Assembly: GCA_022014155.1 (NCBI GenBank)
Contig: JAKLLS010000003.1
Span: 5 to 64,004, forward strand
Reading direction: 5' to 3'
DNA length: 64,000 nucleotides
DNA from: Marinobacter sp.
GTDB taxonomy: Bacteria > Pseudomonadota > Gammaproteobacteria > Pseudomonadales > Oleiphilaceae
Made by a program: the position numbers and the translations under genes. Each line of letters begins with the position of its first letter. Position 1 is the first letter of the stretch. Shown piece by piece: positions 51,272-62,081 of this stretch. The notes beneath the pieces are model-generated. The model saw nothing but the letters and a program-made list of their open reading frames with translations, was not told where the DNA came from and ran no database searches.

Positions 51272-53043
51272 ATGATTCTGCTAGGGCTGACGTCAGCGAG
51301 TCTCAGGGCGTCTCCAATTGGGCAACCTATAAACGTCTGCTGGCCTACGTCAAACCATTCTGGCTGGCGTTTTCGCTGGCGGTTCTCGGTAACGTGATCT
51401 ATGCCGCCGCCTCTACTGGTATGGCGGCGGCCATGGAGTACGTCATTGAAGCCATTGAGAACCCCACGGAACAGAACCGCATCCTGCTCACGCTGCTGAT
51501 AGTCGGTGTATTTGCCTTCCGTGGTGTGGGTACTTTCCTGAGTCAGTACTTCATCAGTTACGTCGGGCGTCAGGTTATTAATGCGTTGAGGAATCAGGTC
51601 TTCGACCGGCTGATGAGCCTGCCCTCCCGTTACTTCGATGACAATGCCTCCGGTCGCCTGGTCTCCAAGCTTACCTTTAACGTCGAGCAGGTCGCGGAGG
51701 CAACCACCAATGCGGTGACAATCACCTTGCGGGAAGGCCTGACCATACTTGGCCTGCTGGGTTTCATGCTCTACACCAACTGGAAACTGACCCTGGTATT
51801 CCTCGCGGTGGGGCCCATTATCGGGTTGGTGGTTAACTACGCCAGTAAACGATTCCGCAGGATCAGTAAGCGGATACAGGGCTCGATGGGGGATATTACC
51901 CACGTGGCATCTGAATCCATCTCCGGGTATCGCGTCGTTCGCACTTTTGGGGGTGAGGATTACGAGCGTGAGCGGTTCCGGGATGTCAGCGAACGCAACC
52001 TGAAACAAAGCCTGAAGATGGCTTCCACCCAAGCCATAAGCGTACCGGTTATTCAGGTTCTGGTGGCGCTGGCCATTGCTGCGCTGGTCTGGACCATGCT
52101 GGCGCCGGAAATTCGCGGCGAAATGAGCACCGGTGAACTGATTGCTTTCATTACTGCCGCCACCACCATGGCCAAGCCGATTCGGCAGGTGACATCCGTG
52201 CACGCGAAAATCCAGAAAGGTGTCGCTGCTGCCCACGATGTGTTCGGTACCATGGACGAAGAGCCCGAGCACGATAACGGCACCTACAGCCCGACGCGGG
52301 TGAACGGCGACATTACGTTTGATGATGTGTCCTTTCGCTACCGGGATCAGTTGGATGACGTGCTGACCGGTATCTCGGTGGATATCCCGGCGGGCCAGAG
52401 CGTGGCGCTGGTCGGTCGGTCCGGTAGTGGAAAATCCACCATGGTCAGCTTGTTGCCCCGTTTTTATGAATACACCGGGGGAGACATCCGCATAGACGGC
52501 CATTCGCTCAAAGAGTTCACCCTCCAGGCGTTGCGTGCGCAAATTGCCCTGGTTACCCAGAATGTGGTGCTGTTTAACGATACCATCGCCTCTAACATTG
52601 CCTACGGAGCCCTGCGTCATTGCAGTCGAGAGGAAATTCGTGAGGCTGCCGCCAAGGCTCACGCCCTGGAGTTCATCGACCGGATGCCCGGCGGGCTGGA
52701 TACCATGATCGGGGATAACGGTGTCATGCTCTCCGGAGGCCAGCGGCAGCGCCTGGCCATTGCCAGGGCGCTGCTCAAGAATGCGCCGATCCTGATACTG
52801 GATGAGGCAACATCTGCACTGGATACCGAATCCGAGCGACACATCCAGGAGGCGCTGGAAACGGTGATGCAGGGTAGGACCACGTTGGTTATTGCGCACC
52901 GCCTGTCGACTATTGAGAAGGCCGATCGCATCCTGGTGATGGACGGCGGCCAGATCATCGAGTCCGGCCGGCATGATGAGCTTCTGGCCGCTGACGGTGC
53001 CTACGCCCAATTGCATCAGATGCAGTTCAGCGAGCAGGCATGA
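51268..53043 (+). CDS. msbA: Lipid A export ABC transporter MsbA
   Basis: TM domain plus GRSGSGKST, LSGGQRQR, LDEATSALD; upstream of lpxK. Confidence 0.95.
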   Translation: MNDSARADVSESQGVSNWATYKRLLAYVKPFWLAFSLAVLGNVIYAAASTGMAAAMEYVIEAIENPTEQNRILLTLLIVGVFAFRGVGTFLSQYFISYVGRQVINALRNQVFDRLMSLPSRYFDDNASGRLVSKLTFNVEQVAEATTNAVTITLREGLTILGLLGFMLYTNWKLTLVFLAVGPIIGLVVNYASKRFRRISKRIQGSMGDITHVASESISGYRVVRTFGGEDYERERFRDVSERNLKQSLKMASTQAISVPVIQVLVALAIAALVWTMLAPEIRGEMSTGELIAFITAATTMAKPIRQVTSVHAKIQKGVAAAHDVFGTMDEEPEHDNGTYSPTRVNGDITFDDVSFRYRDQLDDVLTGISVDIPAGQSVALVGRSGSGKSTMVSLLPRFYEYTGGDIRIDGHSLKEFTLQALRAQIALVTQNVVLFNDTIASNIAYGALRHCSREEIREAAAKAHALEFIDRMPGGLDTMIGDNGVMLSGGQRQRLAIARALLKNAPILILDEATSALDTESERHIQEALETVMQGRTTLVIAHRLSTIEKADRILVMDGGQIIESGRHDELLAADGAYAQLHQMQFSEQA

Positions 53044-54068
53044 TCACGCTGACGGACAGGCTCTGGTATAGCCATGGCCGGCCTTTGTGGCCGTTGTATC
53101 CGTTAGCCTGGTTGTATCGGATGGTGGCCGAGGGGAGGCGACGGAAAGCCTGGCAGGTAAAAGACGAGCCTTTGCCAGTACCTGTTGTTGTGGTTGGGAA
53201 TATTACCGCGGGTGGAACAGGGAAATCCCCGCTGACGGCCTGGCTTGTGAGCCTGTTGAAAGAGCAGGGTTGGCGACCGGTGATACTGAGCCGGGGATAT
53301 GGCGGTCGTTCCAATGAATACCCCCTGCAGGTCGACCCGGGTACCGGCGCTGAAGTGGCTGGCGATGAGCCGGTGATGTTAGCACTGGAAACCGGTTGCC
53401 CTGTGGTGGTGGACCCCCAGAGAAAGCGCGGTGCCTTGTGGGCACTTGAACATCAGCTTGGCGACGTGCTGATCTGTGACGATGGATTGCAGCATTACCG
53501 GTTGCCCCGGGATATCGAACTGGCGGTATTCGATGCCGAGAGAGGCATCGGGAACGGGGCGGGCATTCCCGTTGGCCCCCTGCGCGAACCACTGGACAGG
53601 CTCTCGGGCGTGGATTTCGTGGTGACCAATGGCGGCACTCTGGAAGAGCTGGAGCATCCAGCCCAGTTCGCCATGACCCTTGAACCTGCAGAATTACGTA
53701 ATCTGAAAACCGGTAAAACGGCTTCCCTCGACTGTCTTCGTGACAAACAGGTGCATGCTGTTGCGGGTATCGGTAATCCAGGGCGTTTTTTCGCTACACT
53801 GGAAGCACTCGGAGCCCGGGTTTCTGCGACAGCCTTCGCGGACCACCACAAGTTTCGTGCCGCGGATCTTCAGGTAGGCGACGGTGACTGGCTGCTGATG
53901 ACGGCCAAGGATGCAGTAAAATGTCGTGAATTTGCTCCGGACAATGCCTGGGTGCTGTCGGTGCAGGCAAAACTGCCAGAGACCTTTGCTACGGCATTCC
54001 TGGCCCGTGTACAGGAATGCAAGGATTATTTAACAATTGATGAACCTGTGAGAGCGCATAATGGATAA
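53040..54068 (+). CDS. lpxK: Tetraacyldisaccharide 4'-kinase
   Basis: [42 protein letters not shown]. Confidence 0.96.
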   Translation: MITLTDRLWYSHGRPLWPLYPLAWLYRMVAEGRRRKAWQVKDEPLPVPVVVVGNITAGGTGKSPLTAWLVSLLKEQGWRPVILSRGYGGRSNEYPLQVDPGTGAEVAGDEPVMLALETGCPVVVDPQRKRGALWALEHQLGDVLICDDGLQHYRLPRDIELAVFDAERGIGNGAGIPVGPLREPLDRLSGVDFVVTNGGTLEELEHPAQFAMTLEPAELRNLKTGKTASLDCLRDKQVHAVAGIGNPGRFFATLEALGARVSATAFADHHKFRAADLQVGDGDWLLMTAKDAVKCREFAPDNAWVLSVQAKLPETFATAFLARVQECKDYLTIDEPVRAHNG

Positions 54069-54249
54069 GAAATTGCTGGCCATGCTGGCTTGTCCCGTCT
54101 GTAAAGGGGACCTGAAACTGAACCGGGAAAAAACCGAGCTGATCTGCTACCAGGATGCCATGGCGTTTCCAATCCGTGAGGGCATTCCGGTCATGCTGGC
54201 AACGGAAGCCCGTACCTTGTCCACTGACGAGCGCCTCGATAAACGCTGA
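54061..54249 (+). CDS. ycaR: Trm112 family protein (YcaR)
   Basis: LACPVCKG.L...[11 protein letters not shown]. Confidence 0.9.
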   Translation: MDKKLLAMLACPVCKGDLKLNREKTELICYQDAMAFPIREGIPVMLATEARTLSTDERLDKR

Positions 54250-54252
54250 TAG

Positions 54253-55050
54253 GTGAGTTCCATGTCTTTTACGGTGGTGATTCCTGCCCGTTACGCTTCC
54301 ACACGTCTACCCGGAAAGCCATTGGCAGATATAGCCGGGAAGCCGATGATCCAGCATGTCTATGAACGTGCCGGGGAGAGCAGTGCCAGTCGTGTGGTTA
54401 TAGCCACTGATGACAAGCGAATTGAAGCAGCTTGCCGTGCATTTGGTGCGGAAGTGGTCATGACCTCGCCAGACCATGTCAGTGGTACGGACCGGTTGGA
54501 GGAAGTGGCCCGCAAGCTGGAGTTTGCCCCGGATGACAGGGTGGTCAATGTCCAGGGCGACGAGCCGCTTATCCCGCCATCCCTGATCGATCAGGTGGCC
54601 GCCAACCTGAAGCGTTTTCCTGATGCCGCCATAGCGACTCTGTGCGAAAAAATCACGGATGTATCCAGCGTGTTCAACCCGAATGTGGTGAAAGTGGTGT
54701 CTGATCATCTGGGCATGGCTCATTACTTCAGTCGCGCGCCAATACCTTGGGCGAGGGACACCTGGACTAATGGGGACTGGTCGTTGTGGACCGCCGCAAT
54801 TCCGGACGAAGTGGACTACTACCGTCACATTGGCATCTATGGTTACCGCGTACGTTTGTTGACGGATTTTGTCCGCTGGGCACCCGCGCCTACCGAGATG
54901 ACGGAATCCCTGGAACAGCTGAGGGCGCTGTATAACGGAGCTCGCATTCACGTGGAAGAGGCCTCCGAGACGCCACCTGCAGGTGTCGATACAGAAGCCG
55001 ACCTCGAACGACTGAGGCAGTGGATGGAAGCAGAGGCGCGGGGCGTATGA
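54253..55050 (+). CDS. kdsB: 3-deoxy-manno-octulosonate cytidylyltransferase
   Basis: [41 protein letters not shown]. Confidence 0.97.
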   Translation: MSSMSFTVVIPARYASTRLPGKPLADIAGKPMIQHVYERAGESSASRVVIATDDKRIEAACRAFGAEVVMTSPDHVSGTDRLEEVARKLEFAPDDRVVNVQGDEPLIPPSLIDQVAANLKRFPDAAIATLCEKITDVSSVFNPNVVKVVSDHLGMAHYFSRAPIPWARDTWTNGDWSLWTAAIPDEVDYYRHIGIYGYRVRLLTDFVRWAPAPTEMTESLEQLRALYNGARIHVEEASETPPAGVDTEADLERLRQWMEAEARGV

Positions 55051-55532
55051 CCATGCGAAAATCAGTGAGCGTTCTTTTCGTCTGTCTTGGCAATATCTGT
55101 CGGTCTCCCAGCGCCGAGGGTGTTTTTCGCAGAGCGGTCCATAAAGCGGGTCTGGAGGAGATGATCGATATCGACTCCTGTGGCACAGGCGACTGGCATA
55201 TCGGCAAGGCTCCGGATGATCGTGCCCGGCAAAAGGCTAGCCAGCGAGGCGTCGATATTTCCGGTCTTCGTGCCCGACAGTTCCGCGCCAGTGATCTGGA
55301 ATGTTTCGATTACATTCTGGTGATGGATCGACAGAACCTTGCGGACGTCCGGGATATCTGGCGTCAGAATGGTGGCACGGAACCCGAGCTATTCCTGAAT
55401 TATGGTCGAAGTGAGCGCGAGGAAGTGCCTGATCCCTATTACGGTGGCGACAAGGGTTTCGAAACCGTGCTGGATCTCATTGAAGACGCCAGCGAGGGTC
55501 TCCTGGATGCGATACGGAGGCGTCAGGCTTGA
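55047..55532 (+). CDS. Low molecular weight protein-tyrosine phosphatase
   Basis: [11 protein letters not shown]-loop, DPYY; ATGA overlap with kdsB. Confidence 0.93.
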   Translation: MTMRKSVSVLFVCLGNICRSPSAEGVFRRAVHKAGLEEMIDIDSCGTGDWHIGKAPDDRARQKASQRGVDISGLRARQFRASDLECFDYILVMDRQNLADVRDIWRQNGGTEPELFLNYGRSEREEVPDPYYGGDKGFETVLDLIEDASEGLLDAIRRRQA

Positions 55533-56575
55533 GCCTTCCACCAGAGCTTGATCAGCATGTCAGCCTGACGGCGATGAACAGTATGTCTATCCCGGCCAGC
55601 GCCCGTTGGTTTGCGGAAGTGACCTCCGACCAGGATCTTCAAGCCCTGCTTGGGATCGCAGCGCAGAAAGACCTGGCCACCTTGATTCTGGGAGGTGGCA
55701 GTAACCTGATCTTTGCCGGTGATTTTGAAGGGCTGGTGTTGCACATGTCGATAACCGGGCGCCGCTGGGAACAGGTCGATGGGGATTCAGCTGTCCTGGT
55801 GTTGGGGGCGGGGGAGAACTGGCATGAGTCCGTACTCTACGCAGCTTCTGCGGGCTACCGTGGTATCGAAAACCTGGCGCTGATCCCCGGGACGGCAGGA
55901 GCGGCCCCGGTGCAGAATATAGGCGCCTATGGCGTGGAGCTGAAAGATACCCTGGTGAACGTCACGGCCTTCGACCGTAAAACCGGCAAATGGGTGGTCC
56001 TGGCCAACGAAGAGTGCGGGTTCGGGTATCGGGACAGCCTGTTCAAGCACCAGCCCGGACGGTATGTTATCACCGAGTTGCGCCTACGCCTGTGCCGAAC
56101 CAGGGAGCTGTCGCTGGGGTATGCCGATCTGGCCAATTACTTCGACGGAACCGACACCTCCGCCCTGACCGCGCTGGATGTCGCCCAGGCGGTCATGGCG
56201 GTACGTCGTCGTAAGCTTCCGGAGCCCCAGCAGATTCCCAACGCTGGCAGCTTTTTCAAGAACCCGGTGGTGGACCTGAAAGTCTGGGACGAGCTCAAGT
56301 TGGCATACCCGGACTTGCCCGGTTATCCGGGCGAACGGACTGCTAAGCTGGCGGCGGCCTGGCTCATTGATCAGTGCGGCTGGAAGGGGTTTCGTAACGA
56401 TCGCGTTGGCGTCCACAATCGTCAGGCGCTGGTGCTGATCAATCATTCGGGCGGCAGTGGGTCGGATGTGCTTGCGCTGGCGGAGCGTATCCGACAGGAC
56501 GTCATGGCGAAGTTTGGGATAGCACTGGAAATGGAGCCTGGTGTTATTCCGCCGGACGGTGCATTGAGGGTGTGA
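55529..56575 (+). CDS. murB: UDP-N-acetylmuramate dehydrogenase
   Basis: LGGGSN, ENLALIPGT.GAAPVQNIGAYG, GYRDS.FK, NAGSFFKNP, QALVLIN. Confidence 0.96.
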   Translation: MSLPPELDQHVSLTAMNSMSIPASARWFAEVTSDQDLQALLGIAAQKDLATLILGGGSNLIFAGDFEGLVLHMSITGRRWEQVDGDSAVLVLGAGENWHESVLYAASAGYRGIENLALIPGTAGAAPVQNIGAYGVELKDTLVNVTAFDRKTGKWVVLANEECGFGYRDSLFKHQPGRYVITELRLRLCRTRELSLGYADLANYFDGTDTSALTALDVAQAVMAVRRRKLPEPQQIPNAGSFFKNPVVDLKVWDELKLAYPDLPGYPGERTAKLAAAWLIDQCGWKGFRNDRVGVHNRQALVLINHSGGSGSDVLALAERIRQDVMAKFGIALEMEPGVIPPDGALRV

Positions 56576-56602
56576 CCCCAATGCACCTGTCTGGTACCTG
56601 TG

Positions 56603-58336
56603 TCAGAGCCCTTTTCGGGGCGAGGCGTTAATCAGGAAAGGCAGGGCTTCATCCAAAGTGACGTCCTGTTTGTCGGCGTCACGACGTCCCTTGTATTCCA
56701 GAGTGCCAGCCTCTAGGCCGCGGTCAGACACTACAAAACGGTGGGGAATGCCGATCAGTTCCATATCGGCGAACTTGACGCCGGGACGCTCTTTCCGGTC
56801 GTCCAACAGGACGTCAAAACCGGCCTGACGGAGCTGATCGTATAGTTTCTCCCCGGCTTCCGCTACCGCTGGCGATTTGTGGGCATTCAGTGTGACCACA
56901 GCAACTTCAAAGGGGGCAATGGCGTCGGGCCAGATAATGCCCTTGTCGTCGTGGTTCTGCTCGATGGAGGCAGCCACAATCCGGGAAACGCCGATGCCAT
57001 AGCAACCCATCTCCAGAATCACGCTTTTGCCATTCTCATCCAGCACTGTGGCATTCATCGCTGTGCTGTATTTGTTGCCGAGCTTGAAAATGTGGCCTAC
57101 TTCGATACCGCGACGGATTTCCAGGGTGCCCTTGCCGTCCGGGCTGGCGTCGCCTTCGACCACATTACGGAGGTCCTCGATACGGCCGAGCTCTGCATCA
57201 CGGCCCCAGTTAACGCCAGTCAGATGGAAGCCTTCTTTGTTGGCACCACAGACGAAGTCCGCCAGGTGCGCGGCACTCCGGTCAACAATCACGGGTACCG
57301 GCAGATTGACAGGTCCGATGGAACCGGCCTTGCAACCAGTTGCTTTCTCGATTTCTTCATCGGTGGCCATGGTCAGAGGCGCGGCGATACCGGGTAGATT
57401 TTCGGCCTTGATCTCGTTCAGGGTGTGATCACCACGGAGTATCAGGGCCACGACGCCGGACTCGCCGTTTTCGTCGTCTTCGGCTTTAACCAGCAGGGTT
57501 TTCACGGTGCGGGTAGCGTCGATACCAAGGAATTCCGCAAGGGCGTCGATCGTACGCTGGTCCGGCGTTGATACTTCTTTCAGCTCTTCCGACGGTGCAG
57601 GGCGATCACCAGCGGGTGCAATCGCTTCGGCTTTCTCGATGTTCGCGGCGTAGTCACTATCGCTGCTGAACACAATGTCGTCTTCGCCGGATGACGCCAG
57701 TACATGAAATTCGTGCGAGGCACTGCCACCGATGGCGCCGGAGTCAGCCTGAACGGGGCGGTAGTCGAGACCGAGACGATCAAAAATGGCGCAATAGGTG
57801 CGGTGCATGACCTGGTAGGTTTCGTTCAGGGATTCCGCGTTCAGATGGAAGGAGTAGGCATCCTTCATGATGAATTCCCGGGCGCGCATGACGCCGAAAC
57901 GCGGACGACGTTCGTCACGGAATTTGGTCTGGATCTGGTAAAAGTTGGACGGCAGCTCTTTGTAGCTCTTCAACTCGTTACGAATCACGTCCGTAATGAC
58001 CTCTTCATGGGTCGGACCGAAACAGAAATCGCGACCGTGGCGATCATTCATCCTCAGCAGTTCGCCGCCGTATTGTTCCCAGCGACCGGATTCCTGCCAT
58101 AGCTCTGCCGGTTGCACGGCTGGCATTAACACTTCCTGGGCACCACTCTTGTCCATTTCCTCCCGCACGATACGCTCAACTTTGCGCAGGGTTCGCAGAC
58201 CCATCGGCAGCCAGGTGTAAAGGCCCGAGGCAAGTTTACGGATCATACCGGCCCGGAGCATCAACTGGTGACTGATAACTTCTGCGTCCGCGGGTGTTTC
58301 TTTCTGGGTAGCAATCAGGAAACGGCTTGCTCGCAT
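56603..58336 (-). CDS. proS: Proline--tRNA ligase
   Basis: [44 protein letters not shown]. Confidence 0.98.
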   Translation of the reverse strand: MRASRFLIATQKETPADAEVISHQLMLRAGMIRKLASGLYTWLPMGLRTLRKVERIVREEMDKSGAQEVLMPAVQPAELWQESGRWEQYGGELLRMNDRHGRDFCFGPTHEEVITDVIRNELKSYKELPSNFYQIQTKFRDERRPRFGVMRAREFIMKDAYSFHLNAESLNETYQVMHRTYCAIFDRLGLDYRPVQADSGAIGGSASHEFHVLASSGEDDIVFSSDSDYAANIEKAEAIAPAGDRPAPSEELKEVSTPDQRTIDALAEFLGIDATRTVKTLLVKAEDDENGESGVVALILRGDHTLNEIKAENLPGIAAPLTMATDEEIEKATGCKAGSIGPVNLPVPVIVDRSAAHLADFVCGANKEGFHLTGVNWGRDAELGRIEDLRNVVEGDASPDGKGTLEIRRGIEVGHIFKLGNKYSTAMNATVLDENGKSVILEMGCYGIGVSRIVAASIEQNHDDKGIIWPDAIAPFEVAVVTLNAHKSPAVAEAGEKLYDQLRQAGFDVLLDDRKERPGVKFADMELIGIPHRFVVSDRGLEAGTLEYKGRRDADKQDVTLDEALPFLINASPRKGL

Positions 58337-58472
58337 TGTGTCTTCCGTATGAGGTTGTGAAGGTTCTTCGACTAATGGACAGGCGCGATATGGCGCGCCT
58401 GGACCTTTATTTATCGTAAAGTGGTGGTTATTGTACGGAGCCTGTCACACAAGGTACAGATCGAGTGGCTAT

Positions 58473-59102
58473 ATGACCGCAGACAACACAGAAGCACCCA
58501 TTAGTGTCACCCCGCGCCGGAAACCGGTTCAAGCCCGTAGCCGTGAGCGCGTGAACACCATCCTTGAACATGCTGCCGCCATCTTCCATGAGGTTGGCGT
58601 GGATAGTACCAGTATGTCAGCCATTGCGCGGCAATCGGATATGTCGCTGGCATCCCTGTACCGTTATTTCCCGAACAAGGTCGCTATCGTAAAAGCGATC
58701 GCAGAACGCCATGTTGAAAGCATGGAAACCGCATTGCGGGAGCGGTTGGGCGAGGTCAGCATGGTGGATGCTGTCGATGTATTGATTGATCTTTTTTACG
58801 AGTTCTACAGGACAGAACCTGCTTACTCTGCGATCTGGAGTGGTGTCGAGGCCATGCCGGAATTGCGCGAGCTGGATCTCCGGGAACTCTACAATAACGC
58901 CAAGGATCTGGACGCCCGCTTGAGTGAAGAATACCCTCACATTCCCGATGACCGACGCTGGAATGCTTGCCTGACGGTGCCCCGGTCCGCCGGGTCTGTT
59001 TTGAGACTGGCGGCGACATTGCCAGAGGGCGAGGCACGACTCCTGGTTTCCGAGCTCAAATGTATGGTGAGGGCCTATTTGCGGGAACTCGTTTGTGGAT
59101 AA
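58473..59102 (+). CDS. TetR/AcrR family transcriptional regulator
   Basis: PRRKPVQARSRERV..IL..A...F...G, SLYRYFPNK HTH. Confidence 0.9.
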   Translation: MTADNTEAPISVTPRRKPVQARSRERVNTILEHAAAIFHEVGVDSTSMSAIARQSDMSLASLYRYFPNKVAIVKAIAERHVESMETALRERLGEVSMVDAVDVLIDLFYEFYRTEPAYSAIWSGVEAMPELRELDLRELYNNAKDLDARLSEEYPHIPDDRRWNACLTVPRSAGSVLRLAATLPEGEARLLVSELKCMVRAYLRELVCG

Positions 59103-59112
59103 TGCCGCCGTA

Positions 59113-59610
59113 TCAGGATAAATAGCCAAGGGGCAGCGCCGTGCTGTCGATCACCCGGCGCAGAACAAAACTGGAATGGACACCGCTGACCCCCTGAATG
59201 CGGGTAATGCGGTTGAGAAGAAAATGGTGGTAGTGATCCATGTCTGGCACCACAACTTTCAGCATATAGTCGGCATCCTGGCCGGTGATCAGATAGCATT
59301 CCTGAACTTCCGGATATTCCGCCACCTGCTCCTCAAACGCTGCGAAACGTTCAGGCGTGTGGCGATCCATGCCGATCAGTATTATGGCGGTCAGTGATAA
59401 CCCCAGCTTCTTATGGTCCAGGATGGTCACCTTCCGCACGATCACGCCGGCGTCCTCCATGGCTCTGACCCGCCGGAGGCAGGGGGAGGGGGATAATCCC
59501 ACTTTGTCAGCGAGTTCCTGGTTGGTAAGAGAGCCGTCCTGCTGCAATTGTTCCAGGATTCTACGATCGGTTTTGTCGATTTTTATGAGGTTGTCCGGAG
59601 TGGTTGGCAT
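59113..59610 (-). CDS. Lrp/AsnC family transcriptional regulator
   Basis: IDKTDRRIL..LQ.DG.LTNQELA..VGLSPSPCLRRV, ECYLITG..DY.LKV. Confidence 0.93.
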   Translation of the reverse strand: MPTTPDNLIKIDKTDRRILEQLQQDGSLTNQELADKVGLSPSPCLRRVRAMEDAGVIVRKVTILDHKKLGLSLTAIILIGMDRHTPERFAAFEEQVAEYPEVQECYLITGQDADYMLKVVVPDMDHYHHFLLNRITRIQGVSGVHSSFVLRRVIDSTALPLGYLS

Positions 59611-59755
59611 GATATTGCGTCCTTTCTGTTTTTGTAGGCAGAAAACACCAAAATACTAGATTAAAAATGAAAAATAGCAATCATTTGTCCCGGAATCCCG
59701 GTTAATCTGTCCACCATACATAGATTGTCCCTGAAAAGCGCAAGGAATAGACGTC

Positions 59756-61456
59756 ATGGCATTTGATCATCGCAAGTATGTTGCTTTTACCCCGGTTGCC
59801 AAGAAGAATCGTCGCTGGCCGGATCGTGTGATTGAAAAAGCGCCCACCTGGTGTGCGGTGGACCTTCGTGATGGTAACCAGGCGCTGGTCAAACCTATGT
59901 CTGTTGCCCAGAAGCAGCGGCTGTTCGATTTGCTGGTAAAACTGGGCTTCAAGGAAATTGAAATCGGTTTTCCGGCCGCCAGTCAGCCGGATTTTGATTT
60001 TTGTCGCAAGTTGATTGAAGAGGATCGCATCCCGTCGGATGTGAAAATCCAGGTGTTGACCCAGGCGCGCCCGGAGCTCATTGAGCGTACCTATGAAGCA
60101 TTGCAGGGCGCGAAGCAGGCGATTGTCCACGTTTACAACTCCACCTCCACTGTTCAGCGCGAGCAGGTATTCGGTCTCGACCGCGATGGTATTCGGGATA
60201 TCGCGGTCAATGGCGCCCGGTTGGTCAAGGAAATTGCTGCGCGCCACCCTGAAACGGAATGGAGCTTCCAGTACTCCCCGGAAAGCTTCACCGGCACCGA
60301 ACTGGACTTTGCTGCTGAAGTGATTGATGCCGTCAACGACGTATGGCGTCCGGACCAGGGCCAGCCGGTCATCATCAATCTGCCGGCCACCGTGGAGATG
60401 GCGACACCGAACGTATTTGCCGACCAGATTGAGTGGATTTGCGATCAGGTCCGGTACCGTGAGCACATCAGTATCAGTGTTCATACCCACAATGACCGTG
60501 GATGCGCGGTAGCGGCTGCGGAGCTGGCGGTTATGGCGGGCGCTGACCGGGTGGAAGGTACCCTGATGGGGAATGGTGAGCGCACCGGGAATATGGATCT
60601 GGTCACCATGGCTATGAACCTGTACTCCCAAGGTATCGATCCGACACTGGATCTGTCCTGTATGGCCGAGATTACCGAGGTGGTTGAGGCCTGTACTGAA
60701 ATTTCGACCCACCCACGCCATCCCTATGCGGGTGAGTTGGTCTTTACGGCTTTCTCCGGCAGTCATCAGGATGCCATTCGCAAGTGTCTCTCCAAGCGCA
60801 AGGACGGAGATATCTGGAGCGTTGCCTATCTGCCCATCGATCCCCGGGATCTCGGTCGCCGGTATGAAGAGGTGGTTCGTATCAACAGCCAGTCCGGCAA
60901 AGGTGGTGTGGCCTACGTATTGGAGCGTGATTACAAAATCACTCTGCCGCGCTGGTTGCAGATCGAGTTCAGTAAAGTGGTGCAGAGTGAGGCAGAGGTC
61001 AACGGCGGAGAAATTGATTCCCTGACCATTCATCGCCTGTTTGAAGAGCGATACCTGAAAGTCCACGAGGCATGGGCGTTAACGTCCTATGATCTGCATC
61101 GCGACGAAGACGGTGTGGTGGCCGTCGTCAGTATGGGGCAGGGCGATCGCCAGATTCGTCTGGAAGGACGTGGCCTCGGCGCTGTGGAAGCAGTGTCCGC
61201 AGCCCTCGAAGATCGGTACGGAGTGAAAATTGCGGTTGAAGCGTACGACGAGTTTGCTTTGGGTGAGGGCACCAATGCCAATGCACTGGCCTGTATTCGC
61301 TTGACCGCCAACGGAGCCCATTGCAGTGCCGCGGCACTGGCGGAGGATACGACGTCTGCTACTCTTCAGGCCCTGTTCTCGGCGGTTGCTCAGGTAGTCA
61401 ATGCATCGGCGAACACTGGAGAAGTGGCGGAGTCCATGGAATCTGCGGGAGCCTGA
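59756..61456 (+). CDS. leuA: 2-isopropylmalate synthase (yeast/actinobacterial LeuA type)
   Basis: RRWPD, VDLRDGNQAL, YSPESF, NLPATVE, HTHNDRG, GNGERTGN, RINSQSGKGG. Confidence 0.93.
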   Translation: MAFDHRKYVAFTPVAKKNRRWPDRVIEKAPTWCAVDLRDGNQALVKPMSVAQKQRLFDLLVKLGFKEIEIGFPAASQPDFDFCRKLIEEDRIPSDVKIQVLTQARPELIERTYEALQGAKQAIVHVYNSTSTVQREQVFGLDRDGIRDIAVNGARLVKEIAARHPETEWSFQYSPESFTGTELDFAAEVIDAVNDVWRPDQGQPVIINLPATVEMATPNVFADQIEWICDQVRYREHISISVHTHNDRGCAVAAAELAVMAGADRVEGTLMGNGERTGNMDLVTMAMNLYSQGIDPTLDLSCMAEITEVVEACTEISTHPRHPYAGELVFTAFSGSHQDAIRKCLSKRKDGDIWSVAYLPIDPRDLGRRYEEVVRINSQSGKGGVAYVLERDYKITLPRWLQIEFSKVVQSEAEVNGGEIDSLTIHRLFEERYLKVHEAWALTSYDLHRDEDGVVAVVSMGQGDRQIRLEGRGLGAVEAVSAALEDRYGVKIAVEAYDEFALGEGTNANALACIRLTANGAHCSAAALAEDTTSATLQALFSAVAQVVNASANTGEVAESMESAGA

Positions 61457-61463
61457 ACGGGTT

Positions 61464-61507
61464 CCAGGCAATAAAAAGCCGGCATGCGCCGGCTTTTTAT
61501 TGCCTGG
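61464..61507. terminator. Bidirectional intrinsic terminator between leuA and the csp gene
   Basis: Perfect 20-bp stem CCAGGCAATAAAAAGCCGGC-ATGC-GCCGGCTTTTTATTGCCTGG. Confidence 0.9.
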
Positions 61508-61549
61508 TTGTTGCCATTGCCCGTGAGGGGCAAAAGCGGTCCCGCAACC

Positions 61550-61759
61550 TCAGACCGGGGTTACGTTTTCCGCCTGGGGACCTTTCGGGCCCTGTGTTAC
61601 GGTGAACTGCACCTGCTGACCTTCGGTCAGGGTACGGAAACCGCTGGCATTGATTGCACTGTAGTGAACGAACACGTCACTGCCACCATCCTGAGCGATG
61701 AAGCCAAAGCCCTTGGACTCGTTAAACCACTTAACGTGGCCGGTTTTTGTATCAGACAT
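61550..61759 (-). CDS. cspA: Cold-shock protein (CspA family)
   Basis: [34 protein letters not shown]. Confidence 0.9.
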   Translation of the reverse strand: MSDTKTGHVKWFNESKGFGFIAQDGGSDVFVHYSAINASGFRTLTEGQQVQFTVTQGPKGPQAENVTPV

Positions 61760-61927
61760 TGATCTTTCCTGTATTCCTGAAATTTTGCCCTCACGGGACC
61801 TTCGGTTTTTCTGGAGTTAAACCGATGCTGAGAAATCCGAGCGTACTGAGGAAGGGGCAACGAAGAGCACTGCGGCAGGACGTTGGAGCACTTTCACCAA
61901 ATACCGCTGTATTTTCACAGCAATTTC

Positions 61928-61955
61928 AGTATAGACCGACTTTCGGGGTCGTCAA
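61928..61955 (-). promoter_or_regulatory. Putative sigma70 promoter of the cspA-family gene, giving a ~160-nt 5' UTR
   Basis: Minus strand TTGACG-N16-TATACT. Confidence 0.65.
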
Positions 61956-62022
61956 CGCTTTTTGATGACTTTTATTCAGGTTTTTAAGGCAGAAAAAACA
62001 ACGGCTTGTCACGAAATCGTCA

Positions 62023-62059
62023 CGGAATATCCCGGCCTGTACAGGGCCGGGATATTCCG
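62023..62059. terminator. Stem-loop downstream of the acyl-CoA synthetase (terminator or 3' stabiliser)
   Basis: 15-bp perfect stem CGGAATATCCCGGCC / GGCCGGGATATTCCG with a 7-nt loop; no clear U-tract. Confidence 0.55.
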
Positions 62060-62081
62060 GTCGGTTCTCGCTGGCGCTGGG

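Noticed and set aside
51148-53016. 622-aa ORF antisense to msbA
   Set aside because: Typical antisense shadow of a GC-rich ABC transporter gene; no independent evidence
58380-58401. CAGGCGCG/CGCGCCTG hairpin upstream of proS as a T-box or TetR operator
   Set aside because: Too short, lacks T-box motifs, and GC-rich palindromes of this size arise by chance
59702-61066. 454-aa ORF antisense to leuA
   Set aside because: Shadow ORF with no domain signatures
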